DNA from: Macrostomum hystrix
Lineage: Eukaryota > Animalia > Platyhelminthes
DNA length: 64,000 bases
Reading direction: 5' to 3'
Assembly: GCA_950097015.1 (NCBI GenBank)
Contig: CATNEN010000009.1
Location: forward strand, 62,001 to 126,000
Below, piece after piece: positions 13,431 to 25,229 of the stretch. A program made the translations under genes and the position numbers. The notes below the pieces were generated by a model, which saw only the letters and a list, made by a program, of their open reading frames with translations, was not told where the DNA came from and ran no database searches. Position 1 is the stretch's first letter, and every line of letters starts with the position of its first letter.

Positions 13431-14470
13431 CCCGCAGGGTGGCGTTCTCAGTCCGATCCTTTGGAACCTTCTCATGGACGAGCTGCTCTGCAGCCCTGAC
13501 CCGGACCCGGTCCAAAAAACCGGCTATGCTGACGACGTCAGCCCGTGGCCGGACCGTCTCCCCTGGTCCTTAGAGACCTTTTGCAAGCTTTCATCCACCG
13601 TGCCGAGCGCTGGGCTCATAGCTGCGGCCTCAAACTCTCTGAGTCCAAGACCGTCGCCATTATGTTCACCAGCAAACGAAACTGGAGGATTGAGCCTCTT
13701 CTTCTCTATGACAAACCCATCGCCATGGAGAAGCAAACTAGATGCTTAGGTGTCATCCTCGACCACAGGTTGAGTTGAACACCTCACGTCAAATTCAAAA
13801 CTCGCAAAGCTCTTGCGACTCTCGCGCAGATCCGCAGAGCCTTCGGTGCTACCTGGGGCCTCACCCCCCGCCGTCTCTGGTGGATTTACACTACCCATTG
13901 TAAGACCGGCCATTTCTTATGCCGGCTTCATCTGGAATAGTGCCCTGGAGACCAAAGGGGTCTTGGAGGCCTTAAACAAGGTGCAGGGCCGTGCTTGTCG
14001 AGCCATCATGAGTGCGGCACCCTCCACTCCCTTCGCTGGCATGAATGCCTTCCCCCTTTAGATCTTTTTATCAAAGGGGAAGCGATGAAGACGGCTCGTC
14101 GTCTTCTGGACGCGGGCGTCTCCATACGGAAGCAACTTACCTTCAGAAAGCAGAACCTCCAGCCCCATGGCGACCTCAGCCTACGGGACCTGGACGCAGC
14201 AGGAGGTCTCAAAATTCTCTCAGACGGAATTCCGTCGACGCTGTGCCCACCGCTAAAATTCAAAACCAGCATTCCGCCTCGCCAGGAAGTATGTGACCAC
14301 GGCCAACCCCGTGAAATTCACTGCTTCACCGACGGTTCGCAAATCAACTCGGTCTCTGCTTTCGGCTACTGCATTATGTCCGGAGGGAAAACTGTGGCGA
14401 CCTTCTCCCAGCACACCGGTATAAACTCTACCGTTTTCCAGAACGAAGTTCTCGCCATCAGCTCCTGCGC
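13431..14470 (+). other. Inverted internal segment of the LINE ORF2 (RT C-half to RNase H N-half)
   Basis: [11 protein letters not shown]...GYADD...FTDGS...EVLAISSCA reads on +, while upstream RT (…VKVQKG) and downstream RNase H (…SLELSF/IFLNSDS) read on -. Confidence 0.88.
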
Positions 14471-16345
14471 CCTTCTGGACTTTCACAGAACAGGAGTGGC
14501 CAAGCAGGTGCGAGGTGGCAGTTCGGTGAGAGATCATATACATGATCCAGCGGGTGAGGTGTTCGTGCGCAGCCCGGCGTTCCAGGGCTCGCCTAAAGGC
14601 TCCGAAGAGCACATTGTCGAAGGCACCATCAATGTCGAGGAAAAGCGAGAGAGCAAAACCGGTACCAAGCACGGCGCGCTTCAGCTTGTCGACAATGGCA
14701 TGTAGAGCACTTTCGATGGAGCGTCCGGATCGAAGGCGTGCTGGTTGGCGGAGAGCGGGGAGTTCCTCAGCTCAACGTGAAGAGGCGCCAAAGAACTAGC
14801 CTTTCAAGCAGCTTAAGAAAGAAAGATGTTAAGCTGATGGGGCGGAAGGCTTTGGCGGAATGGTAGTCTCCCTTCCCAGGTTTGGGGATGAAGACGATGG
14901 TGGCTTCCTGCCAAGACCTGGGTACGCACCCGAGGGTGATACAGGCCTTGAACAGGTTGCAAAGGAGGCCGAGGAACCTGTCATTTTTCACCGCTTCATG
15001 TAGGAAGGCGGGGTAAATGTTGTCAGGTCCAGGCGACTTAAAAGGTGAGAAGGAATTAGCTGCGCGAGCTGTCCGTTCTCTAGTGATAATGGTGGTCGCA
15101 AGGATGTGTCCACACGGAGTGTGGTCCGGCGGGTCCTGAAGCGGCGCGGTCCGGGGGAAAGCGCTGGCGAGCATGATGTCCAGCGATTCGCCAGGATTCT
15201 CAGCAAGCCGGCCGTCCCGTCTTTTGATCACTGAGAGCTTCGACATTTTGTCAAGAGTGAGCGCTTTTACAACGCGAGAGGTTGGGCGGGCGCCCTCCAG
15301 CTCGGCGCAGTTTTCGGACTTCCTGGTGTCACGCTTAAAGTCGCGAATCGCATTCTGGTAGGCGGTCAGGTCAGCTGGGTCCTTGCTTTTCCGCGCAATC
15401 CGCTGGAGGGATTTGGCCTTGCGCCTGAGGGTTCCAAGCGCTGGGTTCCATCAGGGAGCGGATTTTTCGCCTTTGCATGCTTTAAGGGGGCAAGAGGTTT
15501 CATGAGCTGTCAGGATGGTCGTACTGATTAGATCAGCTAGATCGTCCACTTCTTGACAGGTGGCAGGAACAACGGATTCTAACTGGTTGGTCTGGCGCTT
15601 CACGGATTCCGCAAAGGCCGTCCAGTCAGTATTCCGGGGGTTCGTTTTCCACAGAATACCAGGCTTGGAGTAGGAGCTTTGCAACCGGAAGCGAATGAAG
15701 CGATGGTCAGACAGAGATTCCTCTTCGTCCTGATCAGAGGGATCAGGCCCTGAGAGGCGAGGGTGGCGTCAAGGACCACCGTCCATCGCCCATTGTCAAA
15801 GGTGGGTGCCACCCGAGTTGCAGAACTCAATATTGGTGGTGCAAATGTAGGCAAGGAGATCCTCGCCTCTGCAGTTTGAAGTAACACTGCCCCAGTGGGT
15901 GTGGTGGGCGTTAATGTCGCCTGCCACCAGCAGCTCAAAGTCGCGGTCTGAGCAGTAGTCCACGAGGGAAGTGAGACTGGGCGGAACCGCAGGACCATCA
16001 CCAGGAATGTATATAGAGGCGATGATGACGGTGCGGTTCGGGAGAATGTGGTTGGTTTGGATGACACAGAGGTCTTTGTCAGAGAGGTCTGGTCTATGCC
16101 AAGCTTTGAGATCGGTAGTCGCGAACACAGCAGCCCTGGGGTTTTGGGGCATGAAAAACTGTTAAAGCCTGCAGGAATGTTCGGAATCTTACCTTTCTTC
16201 GTCCAGGGCTCCTGGAGGAGGATGATGCCCGGTTTTACGAAGTCCACCACACGCGCCAGGTTGGTCGAGGCCGCGATGCAGTGGTGCAGGTTCAGCTGCA
16301 GGAAGCTCACCCCAGAAGGGGCGGTCCGTGCGGCTACCTGCTGGT

Positions 16346-17819
16346 CTACGGCGAGTTGTTCAGGAGAGATTCCTCGTCCTCGCCGGTGTTTTGCCTGAGC
16401 TCCATCGGTTCCTCCTGAATCGGATCCAGAGCCGTGGCCGGGGCTGCCGCAACAGCGGCGTCCGTATCCTCAGCCCGGTTTTCCGCCGGGGGTTCCGATG
16501 AGACATTGGGCCGGGTGGTGCTGCGGTGGCGTCCTCTGCTGGGGTCCGGCAGCTGTTTGGCGCGCTGAGTCAGGCCAGTGCGGATGGTGCTGCGGGCGGG
16601 TTTCCGGCCCTTACCACGTCCGCCTGTCGCTGCGGCTCTCGCGGCTTTGCCCCTGATAGGGTCCGCATCCTCGGAGTGGTCGTGACGGTCAGGAGTCTGT
16701 GTTCCAGGGCGCAGGGGCCCGGCAGAGCTCTGATTCGTCCGTTTCCGCTTTTCCGGGGGCGGCGGGCGAGTGGCGTCGGACTCGAAGCTGAAGATCTGAA
16801 TTCGAGTGAGACCTGCACTGATGTAGGACATGTCTGTGCAGCGGAGCATCCAGCTGTCCGACAGTCCTAGAATGGCCGTGAAACCATCTATACCAGATCT
16901 GGTGATGGTTTCATGAACCACGACACCGTTTGCTGGCAGATCCGGGTGGAATGCCAACAGCAGGCGGCGCAGTTCTCCGGCGTTGGTGATGGCGCTGCGA
17001 GCTGGGATCCAAACACGATGACGGTGTGTCTGGGGGCGCTCGTCCTCCCTGTAGATAAACAGGTTGCCCATTTCCGTGCCCCAGTCGAAGGTTTTCAGCA
17101 TCTCGAGGAGTTGCCGTCCGGACTGGTTGTCGGCAGGCTGGACAATGAGGGCTTGGTCCTGGATGTTGGTCTTCAGGACGTGCAGCACAGTGCCGCTCAG
17201 TGCCAGTTTGACCAGATGGGAGTCCAATCTGCGCCAAATCTGGTCGAGTTGCGCTGTCGAGAGGGGCGTCTCCTGGCCTCGGATAACCAAGGCTGGCTGC
17301 CTCTTTGCCATAGCAGCGTAAGTGCGCTTTGGCTTTGTGGTTTGGCCGGCGCCTCCCGCAACGGGCCCCCCCCCCAGCAGTCGTCGGAGTTTCCGGATGA
17401 CTGTGAGATGTTCCGCCACGAGAGGTACCGGACGCCCGAGAGGCCTGGGCGGCACTTTTCCGCACTTCCGGGTCTCCCGGACGACGCGAGGAGGCCGCAT
17501 CCTTGTTGGGTGCCGGTTCCTCCGCGATGTTCGCAGAGTTGCCGGCCCCCTCCTCGGAGGCGATGGTTGGCGCGGATTTCGCAGCCAACTGTGCTTCCTG
17601 TTTGCGCCGCCGGAATTCCTGGAAGCGGGCGAAGCTGCGGGCCTGCATGGCAGGGGAGCGTTTGCTCTTAGATCCAGCCGCTCTGGTGTTTTCCTGAGTG
17701 GCGGAGGAGCAGGATGGGTTTTGGACGCCGGTGGAACCGGTGTCGCCCTGGCGCTGGTCCTGAGGATCTGCGTCGCCGGCCGGGGTCAGCGTTTCAGCAG
17801 GGTCCTGGGATAATACCAC
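16346..17819 (-). pseudogene. LINE ORF1 (frameshifted; DUF4780-like region inferred)
   Basis: Two overlapping ORFs (16911-17819, 16346-17500) immediately upstream of the APE start; basic/low-complexity ends around a globular core (RVWIP...HPDLP...LGLSD). Confidence 0.6.
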
Positions 17820-18306
17820 CGTGGTATTTCCGCAGGGAAAATTATTGTGGTCTTTCTACTATTAAGGTATTGACCAAAAAAAAATGCAGACAACTTTGCA
17901 CTTGAGAAAAGTGCATTCCGCACATAAGTCATGCCTCAGTCATGCCTCAGTATAGGCTCTCGAGCTGTTGCATGCTTGAAACTCCGTAAAAAATAATGGA
18001 GGAAAAGCGTGGTCGAAGGGGATTGGGTGCAGCTGGTTGTTGAGCTATTATCTCTTGAACTGCGAGGAACTCACCAATAACTGAGACAAAACTAAGCTGA
18101 ATATTATCTAAATCTAAAGGCACAATTGTCTAATTGTTAATAAGGCCTATTTTTTACTGATTTTATTTAGTTTACGATACGAATACAATGCGATGCAATT
18201 CGAGCCCAATTAAGACTGCAAAGATAGAATCTAAGTGACATGATAAGTCTACGACAGTGATTAGGTATGAAAATCCTCGAAAAGTTCCCAATAAGTTTTC
18301 CGTTTC

Positions 18307-21300
18307 TCAGTAGAAGCATGTGTCCCCCAGTTCGATGCCGAACTCTGTGGCAGCCACGAGCCCAAGGTCGCGAATCGGCAGCCGGGCCGGTCGAGTGTCG
18401 AAGTCTACGACGGTCTCCGCCCAGCTGCTCTTGCCGTACTGGCAGTCGTCATGCGGCACCGAGTAGCCCAGCTTGCGATTGAAGCGGCTCAGCACACGGC
18501 CAGAGTCTGTGAAGAAGCGGACGGGCTGGGTGGCACCGGACACAACTGGCATACCGCTGCAGGCGATGGTAAGCCTCTGGCTTGCCCGCACGGACCACAG
18601 CTGCAGCGCCTGAAGCTGGCTGCCTTCCACCGAGTAGCCGAACTGCGGGAGTGGCGAGCGATTTTTGAGCGTCTTTGAGCGTGCTTCTACCTTTTCTCGC
18701 CTGTGTTTATGATCATGTTTTTGTTTGTTTCAATATCTCATTACATTCAATCAAAAGCGTTATTTTTATACTTATTCGTAGCTCGTAAGGGTTTTGACAT
18801 ACGGTTTCGATTGAGGTTTAGCGCATTTTTTGTTCTCCTGATTCGCTCCAGAGCATCTCTCACCTCCTGGTTGGTGTCCGAGAACCAGGCGTGCTGGTCG
18901 GTCTTCCTGGCCAACCACTGTCTCCTGCCCGCCAACGTTTTGGCCGAGATGCAGGTCTGCTTGCTGATGCGCACGCAGCGGACCTGCACGGCATCCGAGG
19001 CGCGGCCTCCATTGGGATCGATCCAGTAATTTCCTAAATATAGCGGACGGCCATTATTGACTGGGTTGCTTCGAAGCTTACAAAAAACAAAATATCTTTC
19101 GGTACTCATGAATTCTCCAAGGCGAATACTGGACATGATTATTTAATTCATTATATTTAATTTATATGTGTCAAAGAAGACGGGAAAACTATGCAGGACT
19201 GAAGCTTAAGAAAAATCGTTCAATATAATCTGATTTTAATACATTCGACAATAGTTATACTCGTAATTTTCGTTCAAAAATGTTTTCGGAATATTTTAGA
19301 AGCCACTCAGTTTAGTTTAGCCAGTAACTCACCGTCAGGCAGCCTGGGTTGGCTGTCAAACAGGTGCCGGCAGGTAAGAGCCGGTTTATCATGGCTTCCG
19401 TCCGGCTCTCCGATCGCCTGCAGAGCGGGACAGATGAGAGCCTCATGTAGCGTCGTTTAATATAGTTTTTTTATAGTTAGAGCCTGTCTTTCCTGATTTC
19501 TGTGACTGTTGCAACTACTTAAATATTTGTACTTGTATTTTCTGAGTCTTCAAAATAAGAAACCAGAAGCATGAGTAAATAAGTTATTCGGTCAGATTTC
19601 TACAATAAGAGCGTAGGCCTGCATAAAAAGCACTTCGAATCCAAGCCAAGAATGCTCCAAGCAGCACAGCAATCAGGGTCTTACGTCGCTTCCGAAACGG
19701 GCGTCCGCAGCCTGGTCAGCAACCATTTGACCACCACCGCCGCCGCCGACCTGGATCACCCGGATTGGACCAGGCGGCCCAGGTGGACCCGACTCGCCAA
19801 CCAGTCCCACTGAGCCCGTTGGTCCGCGCTCGCCGGCCGGTCCCGGGCTGCCAGGGTAGCCAGGCGGGCCTGGCAGTCCAATAGCTCCCACAGGACCGGC
19901 ATCACCGGCAAGTCCCGCGCCACCCGGGTCGCCGCGCTTGCCTCTCGGACCTGCCAGTCCCTTGTGTCCCTTAATGCCTGGCTCGCCAGCTGGACCGGGA
20001 AATCCAGCAGCTCCTTTTTCGCCTTTCTCTCCTGGGCCTCCCTGCTGTCCCGGTTGACCCTTTGGACCTGGCTCGCCCTTTTCGCCTTTGGGTCCGTCTG
20101 GCCCCTTGTCGCCCAGCTGACCAGGCTGGCCCGGTGAGCCTTGCGGTCCTTTGTCGCCAGTCTCACCAGCAGGTCCTGGGGCACCTGGCTGGCCGGCCGG
20201 TCCGGAACCGCCACGCGGACCTTCCGGACCCTCTGGACCCTTGTCGCCCTTGTCGCCCGAAACTCCTTGGAGGCCGCGATCGCCTGTGAGGCCTGGGTAG
20301 CCCTGTAGGCCTGTCTGGCCTAGTGGACCCTGAATAAGAGACGGAGGCGATTGCGAGCTGCTGATTAATCTGTGTGTGTAATAAGTCTATCAGCATTGAA
20401 GCAGCAAAGAAATCATTTCGAAGCGTATTTGCCACAGTACCGGCTCGCCCTTGTCGCCCTTTTCTCCAGAGTCGCCTGCGCCGCCAGTTTGGCCACGCTC
20501 GCCAATCGGCCCCGGCTCGCCTTTGGCTCCTTGAGGTCCAGGCTCTCCGGCGCTGCCAGTTGGTCCCCGACGACCAGCAAGTCCTGACGGACCCGGGGCA
20601 CCGGTCTCGCCTGGCTTGCCCGGCTCTCCTTTCTGACCTGGTGTGCCGCGCTCGCCCTGGTCGCCACGCGGTCCCGTCGCCCCCTCGCGTCCCTTGGCGC
20701 CCGGGTCACCTTTTGTGCCTTGCTTTCCCGGAGGCCCCTGACGACCAGGTGAGCCTGGGCTGCCAGCTGCGCCAGGGAAGCCGCGCTCTCCGGCCTGTCC
20801 ACGGCCACCAGCGAGGCCAGCAGTGCCCGGCGTGCCGTCTCGACCCGGTTGGCCCTTGGCGCCTTGGGGCCCGCGCGGACCCTGAGCACCAGGGCTTCCT
20901 GGGCTGCCCATCGGTCCATCAGGCCCCACCTCGCCTGCAACACCGATTTCGCCAGGTTCACCCTTCTGGCCAACGGGACCCAGAGCTCCGTTCGGTCCGG
21001 GTGGTCCCTGCGAACCTGCAGGCCCGGGCTCGCCGTCGCGTCCTCTAGCACCGTCCTTGCCATCACGGCCTGGTGGGCCGCGAGGTCCCGGCTCTCCAGG
21101 TGGGCCGCGAGGTGGCGCTGCTGGTCCTGAGGCCTGTCGTCGGAAGCGAGTCACGGCGGGCACTCGATAGTCTTGGCCAGGAACTCCACGATCGCCCTGT
21201 AACACATGAAACAGCACTGGATATTTTAAAGGGTTTCTTTTAAATGGGTTTAGCCAGCGAACCTGGAGCTTGTTAATGTACCTTTAGCATATAGTACATA

Positions 21301-24065
21301 AATCACAAGTTCACATAAGAAATTTTAATCGTGATTGAAAAGCATACCTTCTCACCATCCTCGCCCGATGATCCCTTTATGCCCTTTTGACCTTTGTTGC
21401 CGGTCGCTCCCGGACTGCCCTTGGCTCCAGGAAGACCGACAGGCCCCGTAGCTCCCTGAAAATATATTCAAACATTGCAATTTGCAATCTCGTTTCACAT
21501 CTCAGCAAGCCACAGCAATTTTAATATTTGGGAACAGAGATACGAACGACTGTACCCAGTTTGTGAGAGCAGCATTTGATTGGCTTCGCTCCTGATATGC
21601 TTTTTTCTACTTTATTATTTATTATTACGAGCTCATTGAGCTCGTCGCTCTGTAGTTGTGTCATTCGAGCGAAAAAAGGACATAGACATAACAAAGTTTT
21701 AAGGCGAAAGACTACGAATATGAATAAATCTAATATTTTATGTTTATGCTTGACGATTACAAACAGGCATCCACATCAAAACCAGATGAAAAAATAAAAT
21801 AAAGAGTTATTGCTCACTGTATTGCCAGGCGGCCCTTCCTTGCCATCCGATCCGGTGGCTCCACGCGCGCCTTGATCACCTTTGTCTCCCGGCTGGCCAG
21901 GTGCTCCAGCCGGTCCCTTGTCGCCTGCCGGACCTCGCTGACCTAGTTCACCGGGAAGTCCCTGCTCGCCCTTTGGCCCGGTCTCTCCAGCCAGTCCCTG
22001 TGGCCCAGACTGGCCCTTCGGACCCGCCACTCCGCGGTCGCCAATGGCTCCAACGGGGCCCGTCAGTCCAGGGTTGCCAATCGCACCCTCTGGTCCAGGA
22101 TCGCCGCGCTTCCCTGCTGGTCCAGGAGGTCCGTTCGGACCAGGCGGGCCTTGAGGTCCTGATTCACCCGGAGAACCTGCAGCGCCGGGCTTGCCCGGCT
22201 CTCCCTGGCGGCCCAGCACACCGGCCTCGCCTGCGACACCTTCGGATCCCGTCGGACCCTGTGGACCCTGCGGCCCCTGCAAGCCGGGAGTACCGCGCTC
22301 GCCTGGCTTCCCTTCTACACCCGGTTCGCCACGTTCGCCCTGCGGCCCTGGGGCGCCGTCGGTTCCGGGCTCGCCGGCCAGGCCTGGGGGGCCCATGGAG
22401 CCGGGTAGGCCTGCGGAACCCGGCTTTCCAGGTCGTCCCGGCGCACCACGATCGCCCTTGGCCCCGGCGGAGCCCGGTGAGCCGCGGGGACCGGCGGTGC
22501 CGTCTGTACCGCGGACGCCAGGCTCACCAGCAGCACCTGGCGGTCCATCTTCGCCTCGGGAACCCACTTCTCCAGATGATCCGTCCTTGCCCTGCATGAT
22601 ACGAATTTAAGAAGATGTTTAGTTAAGCCGAAGTATTGACAAAGCATCAAATTATTAAAGTCGCGTCTCATTCGAAAAACACTAAAAATCAATGCTCTAA
22701 CCTGCGAGCCCTTGTCGCCCTTATCACCGCGGTCGCCTTTGGTTCCGGGCATTCCTGGTGTACCCGGCTGTCCGGGCGCTCCAGCGCCGCCCGTCGGACC
22801 AGGCGCGCCCGGGTAGCCGCGTGGCCCCGGACCGCCAGGAGCTCCAGGACTGCCCACCGGTCCGACCAGACCGGACGGACCCGTTGGTCCCGCGCGGCCT
22901 TTGTTGCCCTTGTCGCCTCTTTGTCCTGCTGAGCCCGACGCACCCGCCTGTCCGGCTATACCGCGTTCGCCTGGCTGTCCAGGAAGGCCGGGAGCTCCGG
23001 CTGGTCCGTCGCGCCCGGGCGGGCCAGTGTCGCCTGGCGCTCCCTTGTGTCCGTGCAGACCAGGGAAGCCAAGGGCGCCATCGAATCCGCGCGGACCAGG
23101 CGCTCCTGTTGGGCCTTCGGCGCCGCGGTCACCAGGACGGCCGGTGTCGCCGGGCTCGCCCAGCTGGCCCTTGGCACCAGGTTCGCCTTGTGCGCCGCGA
23201 ACGCCACGCTCACCCTTGGAACCATCAGGGCCAGGGGAGCCAGCGGCGCCGACGGGGCCCCTGCAGATGATTTTCAGATTGACATAATATAGGAGAAAAA
23301 CACAATACCGCAACGGCAACAGCAAAGACAAAGCAATTGTCTTACTTGATTCCCTTGTCGCCTTTCTCTCCGGTCGGACCCTCAGGTCCTCGCGGTCCCG
23401 GTGAGCCGCTAAACCCCTTCGCTCCATCGCTGCCTTTTTCTCCTTTGGGACCTCGCGGCCCGGCGTCACCCTGCGGCCCGAGGTCTCCTTTCTCCCCGCC
23501 TGGCCCTGTGTCGCCCTTCGCTCCGGTCGGCCCATGCGGTCCCGGACTGCCGGGCTGGCCAGGCCTGCCAGCCGGGCCCTGTTGGCCTGGCGGCCCTGGG
23601 TCACCGCGAGGGCCCGGTGGACCCGCCGGCCCGGCCACCACCGAGCCGGCCTGGCGGCGCTCGCGGCTCTGGGCGGCCTGCGGCTCCACAGCTGAATGAG
23701 GAAGTGAATACGTGTGAAATTATAACTGTTCATCCAACGTCCTTTGTCATCTTATGGCCTTGGCCTAGCTGGCAGGCTGGAAACTGCTTAGAGCTAGGGC
23801 GGGATCTAAGAGACTCAGCAGAATCCCAAAGAAAGTAGAAAGTAGTAAATTCAAAATACGGCTGTTAGTGGAAAGAGGATAATGTGAGAGAATACCTCAA
23901 ATTAAGCTTTTGTCTTGTTGAAATATTTAAGCTTTTATTGAAATTCAAAGAGATGGTTAAAGCACAATATATGCTTGCGGCCTCACCAACTGACAGAGCT
24001 ATCGACGGAAGCAACAGAATCAGCGCCAGCATCGGCGGGAGGCTGCGCAGGTGACGCCTCATCAT
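18307..24065 (-). CDS. Fibrillar-type collagen alpha chain (signal peptide, two Gly-X-Y helices, COLFI C-propeptide)
   Basis: Predicted exons 24065-23987, 23691-23346, 23260-22702, 22591-21818, 21455-21348 (108 bp), 21196-20441, 20329-19685, 19417-19333, 19033-18864, 18642-18307, all GT-AG and phase-compatible. COLFI motifs [42 protein letters not shown]. Confidence 0.93.
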
Positions 24066-25229
24066 GTAGGATGATGAAGCAGAGACTGGTTCCTTCCTTG
24101 AAAGCTTAGAATGCTTTGCTGCTGTCTGCTTCAAAGAGAGGGCAGAAGCAGCAGAGGCCAGTTTTTAGCTGGGAGCCGAATGCTGCCTCTGTGCACCGGG
24201 ATATGAGGGCGAGCGAGCGGCTGCGAGGCCCGGATCGATGATGAAGCCGGGGTAGGGGGCTGCTATGGTGAAATGGTACGCAAGGAACTTTGCACCACAT
24301 CGCCCAGCTGATGTGGCCGGGCATTTTGGGACAGGAATGCCCTATTGGCTGGGCGAGCGAAATGGCAAGCACTCGTCCTAAACTTCCCTGCATTTTCCTC
24401 TGCGAGCAAGCCACCCCTCAGAAAAAATTAGCCTGCCACCATCACCATGGAATTCTTAGACGTCAGAGTGGAGGGCAGAAGTTGATGCGCAGACGGCAGG
24501 CGGCTGGGACAAACGCAGATAGCGTACAAGCTGCGGGCCTATTCAGTCCAGCTTTGTAGCTCGGCCTATTCGTTCCTACGGGGCTGGAGAACGCTCGGGC
24601 TTGGTCCTACGCCGGTAAACTACCTAGGACTTGCTGTACTTTGCCGCTCGGTGTATGCGTCTGTTGTATGCCAAAAAACGGCAGGTTTCCTAGGACTAAT
24701 TTCCTATAATATATTCGCCCTTTGATCATTTGATCATTGATCAGGTCTTTTAAAACAAAAAGAGCTACGATAAAGAGGTGTGCTTAAATTTATCACAGAA
24801 ACGTTGTTTACCCTATATTTCTGCCCTACAGTAGGATACTGAAAATGAACGAAGCTATGAATGGTGCAAGCGTTCTATAAACCTAGCCCATCAACGATCG
24901 TTCGTTGTTGAGTTGCCCAAAAAAATTAGCAAAGAAATCTCTTTGTTTATTAGTTGACTTATCTAACTAATCCGCGAGATAAGTTAACGTGATTTTTTCC
25001 ATGGGATCCATCGCTATGTCTATGGCAAAATGCTACGAACACATTCTGGCTTATTGACTATTTCAGCCATAGACACTTTCTCGCCTTGTCCCCAAATTAA
25101 ATGCTTTCAGATAAGAGTTCTAGAAAACAATAATTTTATGCCTTAAACGAGAGTGCAAAGCGTAAAAGCAAAGAGCCATTAAATCTAAAATTGCAAAAGG
25201 AACTAGAAAACGGCCAAAGATAATTTGTG

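Larger units (their letters stand above)
12580..17950 (-). mobile_element. Near full-length non-LTR retrotransposon (LOA/Lian-like: ORF1 + APE-RT-RNase H-Zn finger), degenerate, with internal inversion
   Basis: ORF1 fragments 16346-17819. ORF2 starts at 16310 (MSFLQLNLHHC; QEPW; GDINAHH; SDHR), followed by RT motifs [36 protein letters not shown]; RNase H FTDGS, WIPGH.GH.GNELAD; C-terminal [16 protein letters not shown]; short AAGT-type 3' repeats near 12580-12597. Many frameshifts. End coordinates are approximate. Confidence 0.9.

Noticed and set aside
16526-17813. Several + strand ORFs up to 252 aa
   Set aside because: Antisense shadows of the GC-rich LINE ORF1.
20374-23699. Long Pro/Arg-rich ORFs on the + strand and in alternative frames over the collagen
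   Set aside because: Shadow frames of GC-rich Gly-X-Y codons.
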